Assembly: GCA_907165135.1 (NCBI GenBank)
Contig: OU015568.1
Location: 3,968,001-4,032,000 of the forward strand
Reading direction: 5' to 3'
Origin: Oikopleura dioica
Taxonomy: Eukaryota; Animalia; Chordata
DNA length: 64,000 nucleotides
In this document: positions 1 through 10,488 of the stretch, piece by piece
Position numbering within the stretch: the stretch's first letter is position 1
How the letters are laid out: each line of letters opens with the position of its first letter
Notes under the pieces: model-generated
What the model was told of the DNA's origin: nothing
Database searches by the model: none
What the model saw: the letters and a program-made list of their open reading frames with translations, nothing else
Translations under genes and position numbers: made by a program

Positions 1-22
1 AGTTTTTTGAAACTTCTATGAA

Positions 23-1318
23 GTGATATGCGATTTGGCTCTTACACGCTCGGGCGGCGTATTCAATTATACCGATGGAGAGGTGATGACGCGATTCCAT
101 TTCGCTCTCAAGGCGGCCAGGGCGGTGGGGATGAGCTCAAAGCACATCAGGTACTCAGGATCAATGCTTATGTATATTATGTCACTATATGCTATTATGT
201 CACTTGTTCAAGAACGTACGCCACTCTTACTGTGTTCTTTGACAGAAAAGTCGACAAAGGAAAAACATGATTTGGCGGAAAAAATTGAAGTTTTTGGCAA
301 AAAGTCAAAAAATTAGCGAAAATATCGATATTTTTTCTGTAATTTCGACATTTTTTTCAATAATTTACTGAATTTGTAGCGCAAAAACAGAACCATCAGC
401 TGTTCCGAGGCCTCACGACTGTAGCATGCTTTCAGGAAAGGGAAGCTACTGTATCAAAATGATAAATGATGATGATTTATTCTTGTGTCCTTTTTGGCTT
501 CCTGGAAAAAGACAAACTGACGGGGTACATCAACTTGCCGAAAGTGGACTTCTCGTTACAAATTAAACAATGCTGGGGCGATCGGGTGAAATCCACCGAG
601 GAATCTTCTTCAAAAGCGTGTTCTGGAGAAAAAGATGTAAGCAAGCTGCTTACTTCTGTTACCCCTCTTGTCGAGGATGGTCTTTTTGTGTTCACAACGT
701 CACCAGATGCCAAAGTGAGTGAATACAATCTTTCAATCAATCTGAATGCTTTATTTTCAAGAATTGCGAAGGTGTCAAAATGATTTTTCACGAAAGGGAA
801 GCGGCAACTGTAATCCTTCCTTTGGACGTTGCGAAGTTGAAGGGGCTTGAGTACACGTTTCCCTCAAAGCTGATAACGTTGAACATACACTCGAGTCTTG
901 AGGCAGTCGGATTCATGTACGGGTTGAAAATGGGTCGGCCTCTTCTTTTTTTTGAAAATATCGCTTCAAAGAGCTTGAAATTTTACCAGTGCCCCTGTTT
1001 TTTTAAAGTGCTAAAAATGACGACGTTACTTCCTGAATGACTCATTTGCGATGTCACGTCGTCATTTTTAGCATTTTGAGAAAACAGGGGGACGTTATAT
1101 CAAAAGTGAAAGATGGAATCGTAAGAAACTCACGTTTTTGAACTGCTCGGTTAATTATTTTTCGTTTGAATCCGGGGAAAAGAACGGAAATCAGCAGGAA
1201 GCTCACCGATTTGAAAATACCATGCAACGTTGTCGCCGGATACTACCATGATCATCTCTTCGTTCCTGAGCCGATGCTGGAGGATGCTCTTTCTGTGTTT
1301 CCCAATTTCAAAAACTGA
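23..1318 (+). CDS. Multi-exon gene: unknown N-terminal domain fused to a DUF2241-type tandem ACT-domain module (5' end uncertain, may extend beyond the window)
   Basis: Spliced translation ...SGEKDVSKLLTSVTPLVEDGLFVFTT / NCEGVKMIFHEREAATVILP...ITLNIHSSLEAVGF / ITEISRKLTDLKIPCNVVAGYYHDHLFVPEPMLEDALSVFPNFKN*. It carries the hallmark motifs ITL.VHSSLEAVG and CNVVAGYYHDHLFVP. GT-AG introns at about 715-761 and 917-1182; stop at 1316-1318. Confidence 0.8.
992..1090. repeat. Imperfect inverted repeat (about 35-bp arms) inside the last intron of the ACT gene
   Basis: cccctgttttt..tgctaaaaatgacgacgt (992-1026) versus acgtcgtcatttttagca..aaaacagggg (1056-1090). Confidence 0.8.
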
Positions 1319-1668
1319 GTTATAAAAAGCCTTTTATTCTTTGAAGGGTTTGGAAATGAATGTTTCGAGTGGCTCTAGAAGACTTAGTCGTGAATTTACT
1401 AGTTGTTCACACGTACAATTCAGTGAAGCGCTGTTATTGTTATTTTTGCTGTTTTATGAATCATGACGTAACCTGAATTCGGATTTTCAACATTTTTTAT
1501 TAAAAGATTATTCGGTTTTTTTTTACACGTCATTGCAAATCAAATCAAAAAGGAGTGTTGTCTTGTCTTATATAATATTATATCTATATTATTATATTTA
1601 TATTATTATTCTCTATTATTATATATTATATTATTATCTTATATTATATTATATATAATTATATATTA

Positions 1669-2067
1669 CAGTTAATTATGGAATTTTTGGACATTTTTTG
1701 TCCCAAGATTTTCGCAAAAATGTCCAAAAATTCGATGCATGCTGTCAAAAAAAATGTCCCATCCAAATCGCTCAAAAAAAATTTTTTCGAGGAAAATATC
1801 CATCATCCTCTGTTTCATCCTTCTTCTAAAGACAAAAAATATTCTAAGGGTACGCGATCAACCTTCAATCTCATCATATTCAAAGAAAAAGTAAGATTTT
1901 CGATAAGAAAAAAGGCCATATCTGGCAAAAAACGGAAAATTTAAAATTTTGGCGCAGAAAATGTCCAAAAATTTGATACAGGCACTTTTGAAAAGTGTCC
2001 CCAGAAAACCCCTTAAAATTGCAAAAATGTCCAAATATTTGATGTCCGAAAATTCCATAAAAAACTG
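1669..2067. mobile_element. Tc1/mariner-like MITE flanked by TA, next to a TA-rich low-complexity tract (about 1566-1668)
   Basis: TA|CAGTTAATTATGGAATTTTTGGACAT ... ATGTCCGAAAATTCCATAAAAAACTG|TA; internal subrepeats AAAATGTCCAAA in both orientations; no transposase ORF. Confidence 0.7.
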
Positions 2068-2871
2068 TATATAATTATATAAGACACAATTTTCTTTGGA
2101 GGATGACTCATCCTTTTTGAGGTTTTCTTCGAATTAAGATTATCAAATTTATTAAGTAAAATATAGCGTTTTACATAATCACTCATTTATTCAATTAGTG
2201 GTATCAATACTTATCTTCTTCTTCATCCTAAGTTTGAGACTCAGAATCAGCAAGAAAAAAAACGTGGTGCCGAAGAATTGCTGGAGCTCGTAGATCCCAC
2301 AAAACAATAAATAATTACTTTGGTATTTATAAAAATATCTTTTTTTTCGGCATGCGAGTGGCAGCTAAACACGATTCGAGCATTTTTAGTTGGGGTTTTT
2401 GATTGAAGATGCGTGTTTTCAACACGTTTTCGCTGTCCAAAAAGCGCTAGAATCGAACTTGGAAAACGGTCGGGAAGACGGGAAGAATGCTGTGGTTTAT
2501 AATTTAAGTAGGTATATGTCTATACAGGATAATCTGGTGGAGGCTCCCTTCAATTAAAAAATGGCTTGTTTTCTGTCGGAGCCACGGCGCTCTTTTGATA
2601 CGGACGGAGAGATTCCGGCGTCTACGTAATTTTCTAAAAGGATGTTGAGGCCTTTCTTTTTTGGCTTTTTGGCGGGAAATTTTCAAATATCCCGGAAACT
2701 TTACTGTTTTAGGTGCATCTTATACTACTAAATGCTGCATAAATCTTATCAAACCAATGTCGATACCCTTAAATAACTTCTCCAGGTGTCTCCTGATTTT
2801 TCGGTTCTAGAGGACTAATTTAAGGGTATTGGCATTTTTGTCTGTGAGATTTACGTGGCAGACACGGGATG

Positions 2872-2899
2872 TGACTGACTGACTGATTGATTGACTGAT
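2872..2899. repeat. (TGAC/TGAT)n tetranucleotide microsatellite
   Basis: tgactgactgactgattgattgactgat. Confidence 0.85.
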
Positions 2900-4600
2900 A
2901 AGGCCGCGATAAGAGACGAAAATAACCTACTTCAAGAATTTATTCTTTCTTCGATTTTGGATCGTTCTAAAATCAGAACTGGAGCTATAATTTGCAGAAA
3001 AATGCATCTTTATCTGTTTCGTAAGATTCCTTGAAAGAAACGTGAGGCGGGCTATTATTGTATTAGCTTGGGGAACTTGTGTGACATACCATAACGGCCG
3101 TAAGTCTCCATCTGGTGAAGAATTTGCACAGCCTTCGCTCTAAAACCCAAAGAAGCTAATTGCTGCCTGTGGTTTCTTATTCAAAAGAGGCCAAAATGAT
3201 GAAAAAGATCTCGCTTATTCGAAAATATATAGTAAAGGGAACCCTAAACTCGTCAGCTGAATTTATTGAAAACAATGATGCTTCACGGTATGAGTCATTT
3301 TCGCCTAAATCCTCACCTTCCTTTTTTCAGATTACTAAGATCAATTATATTTAGGGAAAGACCCAAAAAATGGTTAATCCGCTAATAAATCGCATTTCTC
3401 GAATAATGGAAGTGCATTTTTGGAAAACCAATAAGATTGCTGTATTTGGCTTACCGGCCAATCAAAACTCTTATTCATAAGATTTCTTTCATTTTTAGCC
3501 AGTCTAAGTTGAATTCATTCACCGTCTAATAAAAAAAAGATAGTGTTAAGTCAGAAACTACTGTATTTATGTAATTCTGTGGTTCAAAGATCATTTTCCA
3601 TTAGAATTAAACTTAGTGAACCACTATTTATGTGTTGCGGTATTTCAAAAGTTTCGTTGCAATTTGGCTCTCAGATCCTGGATCCCCGAATATTTCCCTG
3701 AAAATACATTTTTGAGAACTGTTACGAAAATGTTCTTTTCCCTGTAGCATCCGGCAATTTTCCTTCCTGGATTATCGCATCTGGATTGTAACGAACCCTA
3801 ATTTTACGCTTGATTATTTGACTTTCGGGTTCTCACTTTTTTTTTGTAAATTATGATGCTCTTTCTCGGTACATCTTTTTTCTCCTAAATTTCGTGTAGA
3901 AATTCCCTTACTTACTGTATCTTCTGAATCGCTTGACAAAACTCCTCGCTGTCTGAAAATAAGATCATCTTTTAAAAACCATAAAAACGAAAGCTGAAAA
4001 AAGCTAAAATTCCCAACAAAAACATTCCCACGAATAATCAAAAATGAAAAACAAAACGTTGTGAAAAATATTCGCAATCCAATTTTCGGTATACAGCAGT
4101 CGTAACTGGATTTGCTTTTTCACGTTGAGCAGACTCACCCGTAATCGCGTGAATTTCGTGGTCGCCAATTTTTTTAAGAATAAAAAAACAACTATTACAA
4201 AAAAAAATGTCAAGGAGGAACATGTCAAGAAGGAACATAATTTCGAAATCGCTCACTCCAGGCAACTTAATTTTAGACCTCTAAAACCTCGAAAACATAA
4301 TGTAAAAACATAATAATTTATTATCAGCGTTCAGATTTCCCTTTATCATGGCCACTTGAAAGTCTTTGAAGACGACAAAGGAACACTATCTTTTTTGAAT
4401 GCGGCAATTTATCAAAATGCGCGAGACGCGGCGTTTTCTAAATTACCTTCGTAATGAATTTTTTCCTCATCACCCAAACCATCTAATAATAATTTCACAA
4501 TAGCTCATGCGTCATTGTAACACTCGCTGGCGATTTTTAAATTAGCTCTCACTTTTTTCGGCTTTCTTTTTATCCACATTGCCCGCCCACCTGCGTTAAA

Positions 4601-4949
4601 ACCTGTGTCAGGGTCCAAAAACATCTTAAAAGAAAAGCCGCGTTGCGGCTTTTTCAAAAACGAAGCCGCAAAGCGGCTTCGCCAGAATTTTTGTTTTCTT
4701 ACTTAAAATACTGTTTCAGGACCCGGACTCAGGTTTTCTGAAAAAATCTGTGTCAGGGACCCTGACTCAGGGTCTAAAAAGATTTGAAAAGAAAAGCCGC
4801 GTAGCAGTTTTTCAAGAAACGAAGCCGCATAGCGGCTTCGCCAGAATTTTCATTTTCTTACTTGAAGTACTGTCTCAAGACCCTGACTCAGGTTTTTTAC
4901 GGCGGTTTCCAAGCGTGTCCAAAAAGCTTGTTTTGAACCCTGACTCAGG
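4601..4949. repeat. Two diverged tandem copies of a 159-bp unit with GC hairpins and repeated CCTGACTCAGG motifs
   Basis: agaaaagccgcg at 4631 and 4790; GAAGCCGC-nnn-GCGGCTTC stem in both copies; CC(T/G)GACTCAGG at about 4723, 4761, 4882 and 4939. Confidence 0.85.
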
Positions 4950-5517
4950 TTGTCTAGCCCGTCTATTTTTTCAAGAAATATTTGTGGATAAAAGACGCGT
5001 CATTTAATTTTATTCAAAAACGTAAATAAAAAACCGCTCAGTAATTTTATAGCAATTCCAAATCAACATTTTTAAGAATTAGAAGTCGAAAAGACGCCCA
5101 GGATTAGCGTGTTAGAAGCGCTCCGGAATTCGAGGACAAATAATTCTGATCGATCGAGGAATCTTATAAGCATTTGCCACTTAGTTCTTATCGAAAGGAG
5201 TTATCGTGAGGAGAAATTGCTTTGAATGTTATCTTTCTTTTTGTCTTTGAAGATAAAGGTAATGGACCATTACAAATGGTACCTTTAAAAATTTCTTTTT
5301 AGAAAGAAATAGATCCTGACCGGACATAAATGTAAGATCAAATCGAAGATAAATGTGGTCAAAATTTGTTTCGAAGAAAAAGATTGAAAAATTGAAAGAT
5401 TTGCTTGTTGATTATCGTCGAATTGGTCAATTATCATCATCGGAAACTCATTTTCGTCGGTTTCAAACTGAATCTTTAATACTGTTTACATTGGTAGTTT
5501 ATGCCCTAAGGTTTGGG

Positions 5518-5577
5518 CCGTTAGGGTTAGGTTTAGGTAAGACGTTTGAAATTCCAGCCTAACCCTAACCCTAACCG
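5518..5577. repeat. Short inverted pair of telomere-like repeats, (TTAGGG)3 ... (CCCTAA)3
   Basis: ccgttagggttaggtttagg (5518-5537) and cctaaccctaaccctaaccg (5558-5577), 18 of 20 complementary. Confidence 0.8.
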
Positions 5578-6108
5578 TAAGCCAAAACTGCCAGTCAGGC
5601 AAATTTCTGGCGCTAGAATCAATGAGACACTTGTTCGACCTTGAGCTGACTACGTTCTAGTAGAAACAGAACATCGAAAAACAGTGATAGAGATTTGACC
5701 CTCAACATCATCTGTGGCGAGTTGTTCTCTTTGAAACCCTTGTTTCGACTGGCCGACATTAAAAAATAGTTTTCTCTGCGGTTCCATAGCTAGAAGAAAA
5801 AACGTGAGGGGCGAACCGATTTGCCCCCATTAGAGCATTCTTCGTGACAAAGATGTGGACAGATGGACGATAACAGATAAAAATTCTAAATATTTTTCCT
5901 GTAAAAGAGGTTCGTTAGTTACGGACTTCGAGAATGATAGAGTCCTGTTAGGGTAGGAATAGGATAAATCCGTTGATAAAATCACGTCTCGTACTCTTAT
6001 CTATCTCGAAAAAACTTACAGTAAGATATGTCAGGGAAGGATTACCTGTTGAAGAAAGCAAGAAAAAGCAAAATCAGCCGGTATGTAACCGATTAATGAA
6101 CCAAAGCT

Positions 6109-6179
6109 TGCAACGTCCGGGAATCGAACCCGGGCCTCCCGCGTGGCAGGCGAGAATTCTACCACTGAACCAACGTTGC
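6109..6179 (-). tRNA. trnG-GCC: tRNA-Gly (GCC)
   Basis: 71 nt, GCAACGTTGGTTCAGTGGTAGAATTCTCGCCTGCCACGCGGGAGGCCCGGGTTCGATTCCCGGACGTTGCA. Acceptor stem GCAACGT/ACGTTGC, anticodon loop CT-GCC-AC, T-loop GTTCGATTC. Confidence 0.97.
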
Positions 6180-6296
6180 TTGATCTTCGGGCTTTATTTA
6201 GGTTGATAGATTTCGCACTTGGGTCTGACAGTACTTGGAGGTGTCGGGAACCCACGAGGGAAAAATAAATCAACCTAATTTGGGCACAGCCCTCAG

Positions 6297-6367
6297 GCAA
6301 CGTTGGTTCAGTGGTAGAATTCTCGCCTGCCACGCGGGAGGCCCGGGTTCGATTCCCGGACGTTGCA
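6297..6367 (+). tRNA. trnG-GCC: tRNA-Gly (GCC), identical to the minus-strand copy
   Basis: Same 71-nt sequence, followed by a T7 Pol III terminator at 6371-6377. Confidence 0.97.
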
Positions 6368-7013
6368 TGCTTTTTTTCCTCAAGTAACAGAGGAAGACCC
6401 AGTTTCAGCTTCCTCTCTTCGCACGACCTTATTCTTCAGATCGGAGAAATTGAAATTGAAGTGAGCTCTTGAATTTCACCAAATACAAGCATCTCTCCTC
6501 CAATTTCTCATCCCCTAATCACGCTTAAATTGCTCAATCTCGCAGCAAAAATTACTCAACGCGGTCCTATCGCGGCGGTAGAACTCAACTCCACCTAGCG
6601 AGATCGCGAGCGCGCTGCGCGAATTTCGCGAATAAAAGCGCGGCCAAATCAACTGGATCTTCACTCAAACACCTTTTTGAAACACTTTTCGATTCAAGAA
6701 AAGAAGTTGAATTGAAGACGACGATATAGTTGTCTCAATTAAGTCCGTTTGCTAAAGAGAACCCATTTTACAGGTAAATATGGAATTTGCGTCAATGAGT
6801 GTTTATTACTTTACTTGTTCCAAGCTGAACACCTAATATCGTCAGGTGGATAATTATAAGGCCTTTGAAGTATATCTTCAAAGGTCATAAAACATAGGTT
6901 TATATGAAAATACAAGTAGATATAGATTCGAATATAAACGCTACAAAATTCAAAAGAAAATAAACATTTTTCAAAGAAGTTGACGTAATATCGTTTTTAC
7001 ATTATTCAAACGA

Positions 7014-7107
7014 GTTAGAAAAGAATAAAGTAGGAGAACTTCTACAGGGAACAAGTCCAAAGGAAATAATGAATTTTCAAAGTTCTTCTACTTTATTCTT
7101 TTCTAAC
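7014..7107. repeat. 28-bp inverted repeat (27/28) about 100 bp upstream of the PLA2-like start codon
   Basis: gttagaaaagaataaagtaggagaactt ... aagttcttctactttattcttttctaac. Confidence 0.85.
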
Positions 7108-7213
7108 CAAGCTGTATGATGGAAGCCATTGCTTCAAAAGCAAAGAAATGATATTTCTTACGTAAAATTTCATTTGTTGTCTTTTAGATCAAAAGAAAAT
7201 CACCAAAATCAAG

Positions 7214-7997
7214 ATGAAACTTTCCATCCTCGCCCTTTCCGCCTCGGCTTCTTCCGTCGGCCGCGTTCGTCGCCAAATCGACCAGGGCCCACGACGATAC
7301 AGTCAGCTCATGGACCAGATGACGGCATACAATGAGAACTTTGACGAGCGGGACTACTGGACTTACGGATGCCACTGTTTCTTCCTTGGTGATCGACCAA
7401 TGACTCAAATGGGCAAGGGCGCACCTGTCGATGCCCTTGACTCTGGTAAGTGACCTGGGGTGGGAAAGCCTGTGTAGAAGCCTGACTCAGGGCTCTGAGA
7501 GCCAAATCTAACTATAATTTTCCAGTCTGCAAGCAGTACAAAGAGTGCCTCAAGTGCGCTCGAGAAGAGTTCGGAGAAATGTGCATTGGTGAATTCGTTT
7601 CATACGGTCTCAAGTTGAAGAACGGACCAACATGCACCGACTCTGCCGGTACTTGCGGACGATCTCTTTGCGAATGCGACAAGCGATTTGCTCAACAACA
7701 CGTCGAGGCGGTAAGATCAAATCGCCCCTTGACCTCTTTTGCAAAGAAATATTGTAGACGCCGGTATTCAACCAGAACTACCACCAGTTCTGGACCAAGA
7801 CTGGATTCGATGTTGACGAAAACTGCGTTCCAAGCGGCAATGGTCCCAGCGAACCCCAGTGCTGTGGAAAATCTGATTCATTCTCCGTAGGACACCCTTA
7901 AATCTCAATGGCTCTATCGTTGACGATTAAGGTGATCTACAACTCCTTGAACAAGCAATGCTGCGATGGAAGTGTCAAGACAATCGGATCTTGCTAA
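7214..7997 (+). CDS. Secreted phospholipase A2-like protein, probably non-catalytic (4 exons)
   Basis: Signal peptide MKLSILALSASA; YGCHC...GKGAPVDALDSVCKQYKECLKC...CGRSLCECDKRFA...QCCDGSVKTIGSC*. Exons 7214-7445, 7526-7710, 7758-7886, 7932-7997, all GT-AG. Confidence 0.9.
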
Positions 7998-8624
7998 AAA
8001 GCATCAAAATTTCAATTTTCGACTAATCGAAAATTCGAAAATTAAAAATATTTTTGCGTGAAAAACGCTCGACTTAGGGACTAATCTTTTGATTTTCAGG
8101 CTTTTTGAATATTCGAAAAAAAACATAAAATCGAAAAAGTTAAATCCCGTTAAACAGTTTAAAAATTGTACAAATCTTGTAATATAGACTTTTTCTTCGA
8201 TTTAGGAAATTTGATTCGCAAAATTTTTTAACCAAAGGAACCGGAAAACAGGACCGGTGATGAATTGATGCATGTTCACCACTGGAGGCGCCAAAAACCT
8301 GAGTACGATAATTTCTTCCTTTGAAGATTTTGATGGAAAATTCGAATTTCCGAAGACGAAAACAGCACAAATCAAACTTTTACTGTTCTTTTATCTCTTT
8401 GCCAAATAAATATATTCATTAACAACATTTTATATTATTGATACAAAAACGGTTTTGAAGGAGGAATAAATGCATTTTGCCTGATTTTTCGTTGTGCTGC
8501 GAGGTTATTTGGCAAGCCCATTGGATTGTGCTTCGATCCGATTGACTTTTTCGAGCACTAGAATTTCTCTTACCATCAGAAAACTCCCCAGAAACAGGGG
8601 ATCGTGTCTCGAATCGACAAAAAA

Positions 8625-8698
8625 TCTCGACAAATTTTGCGTGGGCAGCTACTCAGCTGCTAATTGGCCGGTTTTCCGAATCCAGGCATCTGATTGGT
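8625..8698 (+). repeat. Dispersed direct repeat, copy 1 (74 bp)
   Basis: tctcgacaaattttgcgtgggc...aatccagg..tctgattggt; matches 10073-10146. Confidence 0.8.
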
Positions 8699-9389
8699 AG
8701 AAAAATTTTTCGAGTTTTTGTCGGTTTGAGACGCCTCAGAACCAAGGGCGTTACCTTTGGAGGGAGGGGCTCCTCAAACCAAAATTTGTAACCGTTTTGG
8801 GCCCTCCTATATGCGGCTCCTTTGAAAAGTGGCTTCTTTTTAGCCGGCTGTTTTGTTTGATTGACACTTTGATGAATTTTTGAAGACCCAGTAAAGCGTG
8901 ATCTAAGAAATTAATTTACAACTTTCATTTGAATATTCATTTTTACCAATTTGTGAAAGTGAAGTCATTCTTGTCAGTTTTGAATTTTTCTCTCCTCTTT
9001 TGAAACGATCTTCTAAGACTCAGGATGCTTGTCAAAAAATGTTCAAGTTCTTGTGACAATGAGCAAAATCCCCAACCCGGCCTGCTGCGTTTCCCCTTTT
9101 GTTGCATAAATGTTCTTTTCTTGCATCAATAGCGATCTTGAGTATCTTTTTCGTATCCTCAACATTTTAAAATTAAAAAAATCCTCGTTTTTGAAATGAT
9201 TAATCTTTTGAAATAAAAAATATTTAATTTTTTTCTAATTTTTTTCTTAATTTTTTTATCATTTTTTTTATTATTTTCTTTTTAAAAATTAGTTTTCAAA
9301 ATTATAAAAATTCGAATAATATTTATTTCATTTCAAATAATAAATATAATAAGCACAGTGGGATATAAAAGAATAAGCAGTTTTGAGCG

Positions 9390-9728
9390 TCAATTTCGCC
9401 GAACTCGATCTTCTATTTGAGCATGTTCCGGCGATTCATAGCATTTTTGAAGACGGCATTCAAGTTTTACTTCTGACTCGACTGTCGGTGGGGGACTTAG
9501 AATTCCATTCTTTGCCATGATGTTTTGGACAAAAATGAATATCGAGAAGGCAAGAAGAAAGATGGAAAAAATGCACAGGATATTTATGAATAATTTTCCA
9601 GAGCTCTTTTTCTTTGTTTTTGGCGTGGTTGTGATCAATTCTTCCTTGAAAAATTGATTCTTTGGGAAATATTTTTGACAATGCTTGATTATTTTCATCC
9701 TAATTCTTTTCTTCGAGCTAGATTTCAA
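9390..9728 (-). CDS. Probable first exon(s) of an unidentified type II membrane protein; further exons likely toward about 8.1-9.2 kb
   Basis: Basic N-terminus, hydrophobic segment LFINILCIFSIFLLAFSIFIFV, then ECRLQKCYES; downstream exons not resolved. Confidence 0.4.
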   Translation of the reverse strand: MKSSSKKRIRMKIIKHCQKYFPKNQFFKEELITTTPKTKKKSSGKLFINILCIFSIFLLAFSIFIFVQNIMAKNGILSPPPTVESEVKLECRLQKCYESPEHAQIEDRVRRN

Positions 9729-10072
9729 TTATGAATATATTATGATAGAACTTGTGTATTATAGGCGAGCTCTCGGATGCCATCAGAACACAAAGGATAA
9801 GGCTGAAGGGCGAGGGCTACTGTTTTATAAGATACAAATTACTGACATTTGCCTATTAATAAAATTACATTTGAGTCTTTTTGGAATATTAATAAAAAGA
9901 TCCCACCTTCACTTTTTCTCTTTTTTCGAACATGCAATTCTCTTTCACTTAGAAAAAAATTGTATGGCCCATACAGTACGATCGTACTACGATCGGTTGT
10001 TTGCTTGAAGCATCACTAAATTCACTAAATTGACGATTCATCATTTCCTTCGGAAGGAATCAAAAAAAAAAT

Positions 10073-10146
10073 TCTCGACAAATTTTGCGTGGGCGGCTTC
10101 TCGGCTCATGATTGACCGGTAAGCCAAATCCAGGTTTCTGATTGGT
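10073..10146 (+). repeat. Dispersed direct repeat, copy 2
   Basis: First 22 nt identical to copy 1; the remainder is diverged but co-linear. Confidence 0.8.
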
Positions 10147-10488
10147 TTAAAATTTCCAGTCAAAATTTGTCTGGGATATCTCCGGCATCTCCCCTCCTAC
10201 CCAGGGTAAGGCTGCCTTAAGAAAATTTTGAATAAAATAAGGCGGTCTTTTAATTGAAAAAAATAAATTTGTTTATTAATTATTCATTTTGAGTTTAGGT
10301 AATCATTCTAAATTTACCCTATTCGATGAATTGCTTAATTATCTTCATTGCTTAATTGAAAAATTATCAGACTCCAAATACCTATCTAGCGCTATATCAG
10401 TATACATCTGAATTTATCACAATAAATCTATTTTTAATAAACTCCTTTCTGTCTGGTCAGAAAATACAAACAAAATAAGAAAGCTAGT

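Noticed and set aside
2200-4420. Possible minus-strand multi-exon gene (e.g. AKAVQILHQMETYGRY before a GTATGT donor)
   Set aside because: I could not assemble a consistent frame or recognise a family, so it is left unannotated
6031-6333. ORFs overlapping the tRNA pair
   Set aside because: Translations of tRNA sequence
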